The position numbers and the translations under genes are program-made. A stretch of 59,534 bases of DNA, the filler included, from Basidiobolus meristosporus CBS 931.73 (taxonomy: Eukaryota > Fungi > Basidiobolomycota), in assembly GCA_002104905.1 (NCBI GenBank). It is 3 parts of 3 records of this genome, joined end to end, with 100 filler letters (N's around TTAATTAATTAA, not from the genome) between each part and the next. Parts side by side here need not be neighbours in the genome. Positions count along the whole stretch, not along the records: positions 1 to 22,629 come from MCFE01000973.1; 2 more parts are not named here. One strand, given 5' to 3'. Position 1 is the first letter of the stretch, and every line of letters starts with the position of its first letter. The notes beneath the pieces were generated by a model, which was not told the DNA's origin, searched no databases, and saw only the letters and a list, made by a program, of their open reading frames with translations. Positions 1 to 12,210 of the stretch are shown one piece after another.

Positions 1-733
1 ATCTCTTCAGTTATCCAAATGTGTGCTCTACCCTCACTCTGAAATGATTAAATATCTCATTGTAGAGCTTCTGCTTCCTGCTAAGCACACCATTCCTTGG
101 CTTCCTATAAGCTGTAATACATCTTAATCTCTGACAATCCTCTCCTATATAGGCTAAGTCTGCCATACATTTCTCCCCTCTACTGAATTCAGGATGATTC
201 TCTACCCAGAGTGCTTTGTCATGCCTACTTGCAGCAAATGGCCCACTAAACCAGATGATGTTACCCTCAATGTTAGACAGTGCTTGAAACTTCACACAGT
301 GTGCCTTGCACTTGCCAGAATAAAAGTGCCTCTGCCCTCTAGAAGGTCTGTTAATCCTCACTGGGAAGGTATCCAAAATACTCCTGATATGGAACCTGTT
401 GCTGAACACTCTGGGATATGGAAGTCTATTGGAGCTTCTGAACCTAGTATTCCAAGCTTGCTCTAAGTCATTCATACCCTCTGCAAGGTGGTTCTCCATT
501 GCTGTCAGCTGGGAATGAAAGCTTCTAGGACTTTTGTTGCCATGGATGGTGGGATGAAACCTTGTAGGGCAATAGTTCTTGTAATAGCAGGGAAGCTTAA
601 CAAGGGATCTCCTTGAGTAGATTGGGGTTGATGGTCCACAGTACTTGGAATAGATCTCCTCTAGGGTGTCAAAAGGAAATCCAGTGGTAGTGATGGGATT
701 GATGAGAAAAGACCATTCAGATGAGTAAGTCAT
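1..733 (-). pseudogene. DDE_Tnp_4-type transposase of copy 2 (runs off the window; TAA replaces Tyr at 11-13)
   Basis: Motifs ILDTFPVRINRP, YSGK.KAHCVKFQ, SRHDKAL, MADLAYIG and RVRVEHTFG match the IS5/ISL2/Harbinger DDE family. The ATG at 733 is shared with the other copies. Confidence 0.85.
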
Positions 734-1527
734 ATTAAAATTGGTGGATGATTGCATGGAGGCGGTTTGAATTGATTTGGCGCAATCTGCATTATTTAAC
801 TGATTAGACTTGTTCCATTGTACCATGCCAGGGCGTGCGGCGCAATCCGTGGTTGTAAAGAACAATCAGGCACAATATTATAGCTACCAGAAGGAAGGAT
901 TGTTCTTGGACAATCTTGCACACTATGGCACAATCTGACATGATGAGGTTGGAACGGATGATCACGCCAACTTGTAATGTTTGCATCACATGCGCAATCG
1001 GACACCGCCATTATGGCAGGTAAAATCCGGTATTTGGATATGTTTCTTTAATGTAAATGGAAATAAATGTGTATCACACTATAAACTACACTGGTACTTA
1101 CCATTTTGGTTACCCTCACTCCAATTGGACGGTATCTCAGTGGTTAATTGGTCCAAAAGTATCCTGAAGCTGGCAGCCCCCAATTGGCTCATTGACTACT
1201 ATAAAGCTACCTGATTTGCCATCAAATATCACATTTTGCTCATTGAGCAAGTAAATCCCTGATCCTAGTGATTGGACAAGGTGTCATAGCCAGCACGCAA
1301 GCAATTGTGTAGGTGCAAAACAGATCCAATAGCTGCACTGGTATTACAGATGACGTATATATATGCAGGGTGTTTATTTATAGGGCTTCTGTCTCAAATG
1401 TGAGACGACCTTTATATTACTTATATCAAAAATTTGATGATCACTGATTTGCAATGGCTCAATTTGGATTGCAAAAAAAAAGGGTTGTTGGGATCATTAC
1501 AAATGTGAGCAATTCAAAGCAATTGCA

Positions 1528-2775
1528 TCATCTTCTCCTGGGTTTTTTTCTCACAGGGATTACTACTGAAGCATTTGGTAGTGACTCACTTTGCACACCT
1601 ATGCTACTTCCTGGCTGACTATCATCTTGGCTACTTGTGTATTTGTAGTCAGTATTTTGCCTCCTAGTTGATGAGTGCAATGCTACAGCTTGGCCGCGCT
1701 GAATTGCTCTGACTGAACCAACTGAACCGGCCTGTAGTGCCACTCGCTGACGCGTTCTTTTACTTGCCAAGGGCTCCAGTGATTGAGGCACTTCATGTTG
1801 GTCATCATCAGTCAGTTCACCAGAAGTAACTCGCTGATGGTCAGGCAAAACGGCACGTGCAGGCGTGGCTTGACTTGTTGAGATGGCCCTTGGCTGAGTT
1901 CAATGTGATGCTGCAAGTTGATGCAACTCAGTCCGCTCCAATGGACTTGTGTCTAAATGAGCAGTTTGGCGAGTTCTTGTAGTTTTGCTCTGAAGCGCGC
2001 GCGTTGACCCAACGCGCATTGACTCAATGCGGGGCGTTCTGGTAAAGGGTGTTGGCGTGGTCTGGACTGATGTGCACCGGCACACTGTGGTTGCAAGAGA
2101 TGGTAGGGAATCCAGCAAGGTGTGCTGGCGCAATCTGGATGATGTTGCTTGCGGTCTGTATTCTTCCTCCTGAAGCTCACCATCTGATTTTTCAAGGTAT
2201 TCACTTACCCTCTGTCTGATACTTTGGAGCTGTTGCCTGGATGAGTCCTGTGTATATTGCTCTTGGAAGCCACTTAGCTCTACTAATATTTCACGTAGTA
2301 AATTAGTCATTTGAGGCAAAAACTCATTCAAAATCTCTTTGGTTCCCAAAGTTGAGGCACAAACAGACGCGTCCGGCCCGTAGTGTGCAAATTGAGCGCA
2401 AAATTGCTCCTGCAAGGCTTCTTTGTCAAATCCCCTCACTCTCAGCTCATTCTTGATTTCAATACTTGTCTTGTTATATATCTTTTTACATACATTGGCT
2501 GGCATCTTGATGTAGAACTCATGCCACAGCTTTCTACTCAAATTCTTCCATCTTTGTCAACTCTCTGAGGTATCTAGTTCTGCTAGATTAATCAGTAGTG
2601 CCCAAATATCTGTATGAAGGCTCATCATAGACACTTGGGCCATACTAAAATCATTTGGCAAGAACTTGAATGGATCCAACATCAACTTTTCCGGTCCAGA
2701 CCGCGCTTGTGAGCTGGGGGATGGGTTTTGTCTGGGTTGTACTAAAGATGAGTTGAGGATTGGTATGGGGACCAT
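1528..2775 (-). pseudogene. Second ORF of copy 1 (~415 codons, two in-frame TGA), putative Myb/SANT/MADF-like DNA-binding protein
   Basis: ORFs 2557-2775, 1900-2541 and 1528-1848 share one frame. The sequence contains IWALLINLAELDTSES*QRWKNL and a C-terminal basic RKKPRRR. Confidence 0.7.
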
Positions 2776-3134
2776 AGCAATGGATTTGGATACTTATACA
2801 GCAGTATATTGGCATCAACCTGGTCTTATATGAAATATATATGAATACTAATGTGATTGTTGATTTTCCCATATATTATGCATGATGCATCTTGGATTGC
2901 GTTGACACGGATCAGATCACATCAATTGCAGATTTCCTACTTGATTATAGACCTATGATCAAAGCATCAATAAAAGTTCCAAGGCATTGTTTGCGGATGA
3001 TTTTTGTGACATAATGATGGGACATATGGCAATTGATGGAGATTTAACCATAATGTATTAAAAATCAGATAAATAAGGCGGATTGCGCCAAATTGGTTCA
3101 AACCGCCTTAATACAATCATTCACCAATTTTAAT

Positions 3135-4019
3135 ATGACTTACTCATCTGAATGGTCTTTTCTCATCAATCCCATCACTACCACTGGATTTCCTTTTGAC
3201 ACACTGGAGGAGATCTATTCCAAGTACTGTGGACCATCAACCCCAATCTACTCAAAGAGATCCCTTGTTAAGCTTCTCTGCTATTACAAGAACTATTGCC
3301 CTACAAGGTTTCATCCCACCATCCATGGCAACAAAAGTCCTAGAAGCTTTCATTCCCAGCTGACAGCAATGGAGAACCACCTTGCAGAGGGTATGAATGA
3401 CTTAGAGCAAGCTTGGAATACTAGGTCCAGAAGCTCCAATAGACTTCCATATCCCAGAGTGTTCAGCAACAGGTTCCATATCAGGAGTATTTTGGATACC
3501 TTCCCAGTGAGGATTAACAGACCTTCTAGAGGGCAGAGGCACTTTTATTCTGGCAAGTACAAGGCACACTGTGTGAAGTTTCAAGCACTGTCTGACATTG
3601 AGGGTAACATCATCTGGTTTAGTGGGCCATTTGCTGGAAGTAGGCATGACAAAGCACTCTGGGTAGAGAATCATCCTGAATTCAGTAGAGGGGAGAAATG
3701 TATGGCAGACTTAGCCTATATAGGAGAGGATTGTCAGTGATTAGGATGTATTACAGCTTATAGGAAGCCAAGGAATGGTGTGCTTAGCAGGAAGCAGAAG
3801 CTCTACAATGAGATATTTAATCATTTCAGAGTAAGGGTAGAGCACACATTTGGATATCTGAAGAGATTCAGCATATTGGCAGGTAAATACAGAGGAAAGT
3901 CATATATAGGAGAAAACAGCAGAATAGGTAAAATAGTCAAGATACTTATTAATGCACAGTATGTTCATACAAGAAGACATCCACTGAGAGAAATGTGTCT
4001 GGAGCATTATGAAGAGTAA
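3135..4019 (+). pseudogene. DDE_Tnp_4 transposase of copy 1 (294 codons, premature TGA at 3738-3740)
   Basis: ORFs 3093-3740 and 3780-4019 are in frame across one TGA, with the same DDE motifs as copy 2. Confidence 0.88.
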
Positions 4020-4492
4020 ATAAAGCAAGGAAAGCACTATTCTGAGCAACATAAGTAAGATTGAGTAAAATTACCAGTAACTGTATCATACCACTGGCAT
4101 CATGGTAGAAATTATAGTGCCAGATGGTGCTGTAGAGTGCCAGATTGATCTGGCACTATAAACAGGCTGGCACTATGTGGCACTATCTAACGGAACAAGT
4201 CTATTTTTAATACATTATGGTTTAATCTCCATCAACTGCCATGTATCCCATCATTGTGTTGCAAAAATCATCCGCAAACAATGCCTTGGTACTTTTATTG
4301 ATGCTTTAATCATAGGTCTATAGTTAAATAGGAAATCTGCAATTGATGTGATCTGATCTGTGTCAATGCAATCCAAGATGCATCATGCATAATATATGGG
4401 AAAATCAACAATCACAATAGTTTTCATATATATTTCATATAAGACCAGGTTGATGCCAGTATACTGCTGTATAAGTATCCAAATCTGTTGCT

Positions 4493-5729
4493 ATGGTCCC
4501 CATACCAAGCCTCAACTCATCATTAGTACAACCCAGACAAAACCTGTCCCCCAGCTCACAAGTGCGGTCCAGACCGGAAAAGTCAATGTTGGATCCATTT
4601 GAGTTCTTGCCAAATGATTTTAGTATGGCCCAAGTGTCTATGATGAGCCTTCATACAGATATTTGGGCACTACTGATTAATCTAGCAGAACTAGATACCT
4701 TGGAGAGTCAACAAAGATGGAAGAATTTAAGTAGAAAGCTGTAGCATGAGTTCTACATCAAGATGCCTGCCAATGTATGTAAGAAGATATATAACAAGAC
4801 AAGTATTGAAATCAAGAATGAGCTGAGAGTGAGGGGATTTGACAAAGAATCCACGCGGGAACAATTTTGCGCGCAATTTTCACAGTACAGGCTGGACGCG
4901 TCTGTTCATGCCTCAACTTTGGGAACCAAAGAGATTTTGAATGAGTTTTTGCCTCAAATGACTAATGTACTACGTGATATATTAGTAGAGCTAAGTGGCT
5001 TCCAAGTGTAATATACACAGGACTCATCCAGGCAACAGCTCCAAAGTATCAGACAGAGGGTAAGTGAATACCTTGAAAAATTGGATGGTGAGCTTCAGGA
5101 GGAAGAATACACACTGCAAGCAACATTGTCCAGATTGCACCAGCACGCCTTGCTGGATTCCCTACCATCTCTTGCAACCACAGTGCGCCGGCGCATGTCA
5201 GTCCAGACCATGCCAACACCCTTTACCAGACTGCCCTGCATTAAGTCAACACGCGTGCTTTAGAGCAAAACTATGAGAACTTGCCAAACTGCTCATTTAT
5301 ACACAAGTCCATTGGAGCGGACCAAGTTGCATCAACATGCAGCATCACATTGAACTCAGCCAAGGGCCATCTCAACACGTCAAGGCGCACCTGCACATGC
5401 TGTTTTGCCTGACCATCAGCAAGTTACTTCTGGTGAACTGACTGATGATGACCAACATGAAGTGCCACAACCACTGGAGCCCTTGGCAAGTAAAAGAACG
5501 TGTCAGTGTGTGGCACTACAGGCCGGTTCAGTTGGTTCAGTTGGAGCAATTCAGCATGGCCAAGCTGCAGCATTGCACTCATCAACTAGGAGGCAAAATA
5601 CTGACTACAAATACACAAGTAGCCAAGATGATAGTCAGCCAGGAAGTAGTATAGGTATGCAAAGTGAGTCACTACCAAATGCTTCAGTAGTAATCCCAGC
5701 AAGAAAAAAACCCAGGAGAAGATGTTGCA
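4493..5729 (+). pseudogene. Second ORF of copy 2 (several in-frame stops; end approximate)
   Basis: ORFs 4493, 4763, 5081 and 5405 share one frame and are near-identical to the 1528-2775 product. Confidence 0.7.
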
Positions 5730-6266
5730 ATTGCTTTGAATTGCTCATATTTGTAATGATCCCATCAACCCATTTTTTTTGCAATCCAAATCAAGCCATT
5801 GCTAATCAGTGATCATGAAATTTTTGATATAAGTAATATCAAGGTTGTCTCACATTTGAGACAGAACCCCTATAAATAAACACTCTGCATATATATATGT
5901 CATCTGTAATACCAGTGCAGCTATTGGATCTGTTTCACACCTACATGATTGCTTGCGTGCTAGCTATGACACCTTGTCCAATCACTAGGATCAGGGATTT
6001 ACTTGCTCAATGGGCAAAATGGGTTGTTTGATGGCAAATCAGGTAGCTTTTTTAGTAGTCAATGAGCCAATTGGGGGCTGCCAGCTTCAGGATACTTTTG
6101 GACCAATTAACCACTGAGATACCGTCCAATTGGAGTGAGGGTAACCAAAATGGTAAGTATCAGTGTAGTTTATAGTGTGATACACATTTATTTCCATTTA
6201 CATTAAAGAAACATATCCAAATACTGGATTTTACCTGCCATAATAGCGGTATCCAATTGCGCACAT

Positions 6267-7349
6267 TGTGGTGGTGTATAAGTCCAAAGGGCAAAATACG
6301 GCCAACACTTCTCAAGTGTGAATGTGTGTGGGGTGTTCACTGGGTGCAATAACCTCTGGCAAAAGCTTGCTAGGAATACTGGGTCTTTTGTCTAATCTAA
6401 TGTGATGGGGGATAAAGCCTCAAGCCTGTCAAGGGAAAACTATTGAACTACAATCCCCAACTTAGTTGGCATCTTAACAAAAGTTTATAATGGCTTTGAC
6501 GTCCTTTGAGATGACAATGTACTAAAGCTTCCAAAGTCAAAACAACTGTAAACTCCACCAACAGGGACTTGATAAGAATGCAGCTTTGACCAATAGTTTC
6601 AAAGACTGAAAAGTATCTTTGCCTGTACAAGAACAAACTTGGGAAAACAAACAAATGTAATAAAATATACCTACTCTGAGTATTCCTCACAAGTAGTGCC
6701 TCCAAGGTCAGTTGGCTGTCAGCGCGGTTTCCTGGGAGTGTCGTCAGGTCTGAGTCAGAAAATAGTGGTAATAGGTAGCGGTGATCTCACTAATCAATAA
6801 GTCAGAATATTGGAAGAGGGATGATTTATTTAAAGGGATAGCCTCCCTTATATACTTTTTTTTTGCTGCTCAATTTCTTGCTAGAAAATACTTTCTGGAA
6901 GTTTCCAGAAGGTGGTAGACAGCCAATCATGTCATTGTGTACTAAAAATAGCGCAAATTCTTGGCGGATTGTTCCATGAGACATAGTAGCACCTAGCCAA
7001 TCAGGTAGTGGTAATATGAAACCTCTGTGTCATGTGGTTGCCTCTTATGGTAGTAAGATGGGAGGGTTATGAAACCAAGATGGTCACATGACATGGGCAC
7101 TGTTGGGGTACTTGCCTTATAAGGTAACTATCTTATCTTAGCACCTTGGCAAGGAATAAGAATAGCTTGTGCAATGGGTTAATAGTGACAAATAGTTTGT
7201 CAGGTTGCATAGTAATAATCACATAGACAAAAATAGGAAATATTGCAAATTTGGGATGATAATAATATAGGCAGGGTAATCCTTTTTAGGGAAGTGAACG
7301 CATAAGAATGAGCACATCTGCCTGTGGGTGTCACTGTGACCCCACTACA
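6267..7349. mobile_element. Solo LTR-like insertion (1,083 bp) of a family not otherwise seen in the window
   Basis: Ends are TGTGGTGG...CCACTACA (7/8 inverted match) and flanks are ACAT (6263-6266) / ACGT (7350-7353). Removing it restores the sequence seen in copies 1 and 3. No convincing ORF. Confidence 0.7.
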
Positions 7350-9774
7350 ACGTGATGCAAACATTACAAGTTGGTGCAATCATCCACGCCAACCTCATTA
7401 TGTTAGATTGTGCCATAATGTGCACAATTGTCCCGCATAGTGCAAAATTGTCCAAGAACAATCCTGCCTTCTGGTAGCTATAATATTGCGCCCAATTGTT
7501 CTTTACAACTGCAGATTGCACCGCATGCCCTGGCACGGTACAATAGAACAAGTCTATTATGTATTGTTCTCCTTTCTTTGTTTTCATAAAAGGGCCAACA
7601 AAGTTGATCCCTACCTGGTGGAAGGGTAGGACAAGCGGTATTGGTGCAGTTGTCCCTATTTTCTGACTCCGGTCAAATCTTTTGCAGGTGGAGCATCTTT
7701 GTAGCGTATTTATAATGTTGGTCATCATTTTTTCCCAATAAAACGTCTTTGTTAACATCTTGTATGTTGTTAGGGGGTTAGCATGTCCTTATGGCATATG
7801 TCTTTCTTGTACAATTTCTTTGTGGGCAGTTACTGGGGGTACCTTGACTCTGAACTGTCCTTGGAGGAACCATAATCAATCTTCTTGTACTTTGTACTGA
7901 CACCATTTCTTTCAAAAGTCTCTCTTCTGCTTGTTTGTAACAACATGTTTGGGATACTTCCATCTTCTTTTAAAGCAGATTACATCTTTGTAGTCATTGC
8001 TGACGTGTACCTGGCATACAGAATAGCAACTGAGGAAGTCTGCATCTTGGTATTTCTTGCCAGTGTAATGAGTTATTTTGAAGTTGTATTCTTGTAGTTG
8101 GAGGGCCCAATGTGCTAATTGACTGGTAAAGTCTTTAGTTTTCATCAGCCAGACCAGTGCACTGTGGTCCGTTCCTATTGTGAATTGGCAACCATGTATG
8201 TATGTATGGAATTGTTTAATTGAATAAACAACAGCCAGACATTCTATCTTGGTAATTGGGTAGTGACATTTGTGTTTGTTTAGCAAATGGCTCATGTAAC
8301 CAATTGGGTGGAATTTGCCAGCTTGATGGTATTGTGCCAGTATGGCGCCTATACCAGTGAGACTTCCATCACAGGTATTAGAAAATCCTGCATCCCAATT
8401 GGGAAAACGTAACACTGGTGGTGACGTCAGGGAATGTTTCAGCAGACTGAATGCTCTCTTTTGAAGCTCCAACCATACAAAACACCGGCCTTTTTGCGGC
8501 AATTTGTATAGGGGGCTGCTATTATTGCAAAGTTTTGACAAAGCGGCAATAGTAGCCAGCTAATCCTAGGAATCCCAACACTGCATTAACATCCTTTGAT
8601 GTGGGTGTATCTTGAATGGCTTTCAGGAGTGAAGTAGATGGGTATATTCCATCTACCAAGATGTTGTGGCCCAGGAACAACAATTTTGTATACAGGAAAT
8701 GGCACTTCTTGGGATGTAGTTTGAGTTGGTTCTCAAGGAGGGCGGTCAGGATATGTTGCATGTCATGTATATGTTTTTCTACATTGGGGGAATATATTGT
8801 GATGTTGTCCAGATATATGAGAGTGCATTCCTATTGTAGATTTCCTAACACCTTGTTGATCATACTTTGGAATGTAGCAGGGGCATTGCACAAGCCAAAG
8901 GGTAGTCAGTTCCATTTGTACAATCCAAACAATGTTAAAAAAGTGGTTTTGGGTCAATTTTCCGGGGCTACTTCTATTTGCCAATACCCGGAGATTAAGT
9001 CAAGAGAGCTAAATATTCAGCTCCAATTAATAGACTTGTTCCATCGTACCGTGCCAGGGCGCACGGCGCAATCTGTGGTTGCAAAGAACAATTGGGCGCA
9101 ATATTATAGCTACCAGAAGGCAGGATTGTTCTTGGACAATTTTGCACTATGCGGGACAATCTCGCACACTGTGGCACAATCTGACACGATGAGGTTGGCG
9201 CGGATGATTGCGCCAACTTGTAATGTTTGCATCATGTGCGCAATTGGACACCGCTATAATGGCAGGTAAAATCCGGTATTTGGATATGTTTCTTTAATGT
9301 AAATGGAAATAAATGTGTATCACACTATAAACTACACTGATACTTACCATTTTGGTTACCCTCACTCCAATTGGACGGTATCTCAGTGGTTAATTGGTCC
9401 AAAAGTATCCTGAAGCTGGCAGCCCCCAATTGGCTCATTGACTACTGAAAAAGCTACCTGATTTGCCATCAAATATCCCATTTTGCCCATTGAGCAAGTA
9501 AATCCCTGATCCTAGTGATTGGGCTAGGTGTCATAGCTAGCATGCAAGCAATTGTGTAGGTGCAAAACAGATCCAATAGCTGCACTGGTATTACAGATGA
9601 CATATATATATGCAGGGTGTTTATTTATAGGGCTTCTGTCTCAAATGTGAGACAACCTTGATATTACTTATATCAAAAATTTGATGATCACTGATTTGCA
9701 ATGGCTCAATTTGGATTGCAAAAAAAAAGGGTTGTTGGGATCATTACAAATGTGAGCGATTCAAAGCAATTGCA

Positions 9775-11022
9775 TCATCTTCTCCTGGGTTTTTTTCTCA
9801 CAGGGATTACTACTGAAGCATTTGGTAGTGACTCACTTTGCACACCTATACTACTTCCTGGCTGACTATCATCTTGGCTACTTGTGTATTTGTAGTCAGT
9901 ATTTTGCCTCCTAGTTGATGAGTGTGATGCTGCAGCTTGGCCGCACTGAATTGCTCTGACTGAACCAACTGAACCGGCCTGTAGTGCCATGCGCTGACGC
10001 GTTCTTTTACTTGCCAAGGGCTCTGGTGGTTGAAGCACTTCATGTTGGTCATCATCAGTCAGTTCACCAGAAGTAACTTGCTGATGGTTGGGCAAAACAG
10101 CATGCACAGGCGCGCCTTGATGCGTTGAGATGGCCCTTGGCTGAGTTCAATGTGATGCCGCATGTTGACGCAACTTGGTCCGCTCCAATGGACTCGTGTC
10201 TAAATGAGCAGTTTGGCAAGTTCTTGTAGTTTTGCTCTGAAGCGCGCGCGTTGACCCAACACGAGTTGACTTGATGCGGGGCGTTCTGGCAAAGGGTGTT
10301 GGCGTGGTCTGGACTGACGTGCACCGGCACACTGTGGTTGCAAGAGATGGTAGGGAATCCAGCAAGGCGTGCTGGCGCAATCTGGATGATGTTGCTTGCG
10401 GTCTGTATTCTTCCTCCTGAAGCTCACCATCTGATTCCTCAAGGTATTCACTTACCCTCTGTCTGATACTTTGGAGCTGTCGCCTGGATGAGTCCTGTGT
10501 ATATTGCTCTTGGAAGCCACTTAGCTCTACTAATATATCACGTAGTACATTAGTCATTTGAGGCAAAAACTCATTCAAAATCTCTTTGGTTCCCAAAGTT
10601 GAGGCACAAACGGACACGTCCGGCCTGTACTGTGCAAATTGCGCGCAAAATTGTTCCCACGCGGCTTCTTTGTCAAATCCCCTCACTCTCAGCTCATTCT
10701 TGATTTCAATACTTGTCTTGTTATATATCTTTTTACATACATTGGCTGGCATCTTGATGTAGAACTCATGCTACAGCTTTCTACTCAAATTCTTCCATCT
10801 TTGTCAACTCTCTGAGGTATCTAGTTCTGCTAGATTAATCAGTAGTGCCCAAATATCTGTATAAAGGCTCATCATAGACACTTGGGCCATACTAAAATCA
10901 TTTGGCAAGGACTCAAATGAATCCGACATCAACTTTTCCGGTCTGGACCGCGCTTGTGAGCTGGGGGATGGGTTTTGTCTGGGTTGTACTAAAGATGAGT
11001 TGAGGCTTGGTATGGGGACCAT
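9775..11022 (-). pseudogene. Second ORF of copy 3 (Myb/MADF-like, in-frame stops)
   Basis: Same 1,248-bp frame as 1528-2775, with QRWKNL and RKKPRRR. Confidence 0.7.
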
Positions 11023-11325
11023 AGCAATGGATTTGGATACTTATACAGCAGTATATTGGCATCAACCTGGTCTTATATGAAATATATATGAAAACTAATG
11101 GATCAGATCACATCAATCGCAGATTTCCTATTTGATTATAGACCTATGATTAAAGCATCAATAAAAGTACCAAGGCATTGTTTGCAGATGATTTTTGCGA
11201 CATAATGATGGGATACATGGCAAATGATGGAGATTTAACCATAATGTGTTAAAAATCAGATAAATAACGCAGATCACGCCAAATTGATTCAAGCTGCCTC
11301 CATACAATCATCCATCAATTTTAAT

Positions 11326-12210
11326 ATGACTTACTCATCTGAATGGTCTTTTCTCATCAATCCCATCACTACCACTGGATTTCCTTTTGACACCCTAGAG
11401 GAGATCTATTCCAAGTACTGTGGACCATTAACCCCAATCTACTCAAGGAGATCCCTTGTTAAGCTTCTCTGCTATTACAAGAACTATTGCCCTACAAGGC
11501 TTCATCCCACCATCCATGGCAACAAAAGTCCTAGAAGCTTTCATTCCCAGCTGACAGCAATGGAGAACCACCTTGCAGAGGGTATGAATGACTTAGAGCA
11601 AGCTTGGAATACTAGGTTCAGAAGCTCCAATAGACTTCCATATCCCAGAGTGTTCAGCAACAGGTTCCATATCAGGAGTATTTTGGATACCTTCCCAGTG
11701 AGGATTAACAGACCTTCTAGAGGGCAGAGGCACTTTTATTCTGGCAAGTACAAGGCACACTGTGTGAAGTTTCAAGCACTGTCTGACATTGAGGGTAACA
11801 TCATCTGGTTTAGTGGGCCATTTGCTGGAAGTAGGCATGACAAAGCACTCTGGGTAGAGAATCATCCTGAATTCAGTAGAGGGGAGAAATGTATGGCAGA
11901 CTTAGCCTATATAGGAGAGGATTGTCAGTGATTAGGATGTATTACAGCTTATAGGAAGCCAAGGAATGGTGTGCTTAGCAGGAAGCAGAAGCTCTACAAT
12001 GAGATATTTAATCATTTCAGAGTAAGGGTAGAGCGCACATTTGGATATCTGAAGAGATTCAGCATATTGGCAGGTAAATACAGAGGAAAGTCATATATAG
12101 GTGAAAACAGCAGGATAGGTAAAATAGTTAAGATACTTATTAATGCACAGTATGTTCATACAAGAAGACATCCACTGAGAGAAATGTGTCTGGAGCATTA
12201 TGAAGAGTAA
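11326..12210 (+). pseudogene. DDE_Tnp_4 transposase of copy 3 (premature TGA at 11929-11931)
   Basis: Near-identical to 3135-4019, with the same stop position. Confidence 0.88.

Larger units (their letters stand above)
806..4202 (+). mobile_element. PHIS-superfamily DNA transposon, copy 1 (3,397 bp, complete), nested inverted in copy 2
   Basis: 11-bp TIR AGACTTGTTCC (806-816) / GGAACAAGTCT (4192-4202), flanked by ATT at 803-805 and 4203-4205. The equivalent empty site GTATTAAAAATCAG is visible at about 3055-3068. Confidence 0.93.
1..7555 (-). mobile_element. PHIS-superfamily DNA transposon, copy 2 (host copy; one end lies left of the window), interrupted by copy 1 (806-4202) and a solo LTR (6267-7349)
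   Basis: The terminus ...GAACAAGTCT ends at 7555, followed by ATT and then gypsy integrase sequence. Pieces 1-805, 4206-6266 and 7354-7555 join into the reverse complement of copies 1 and 3. Confidence 0.9.

Noticed and set aside
806-4202. TA target duplication (Tc1/mariner-like reading of the same ends)
   Set aside because: The paralogous empty site shows three bases (AAT) duplicated, and the transposase is DDE_Tnp_4 type.
8616-9269. 217-aa plus-strand ORF
   Set aside because: Antisense of gypsy RT running into the non-coding end of PHIS copy 3; a chance fusion.
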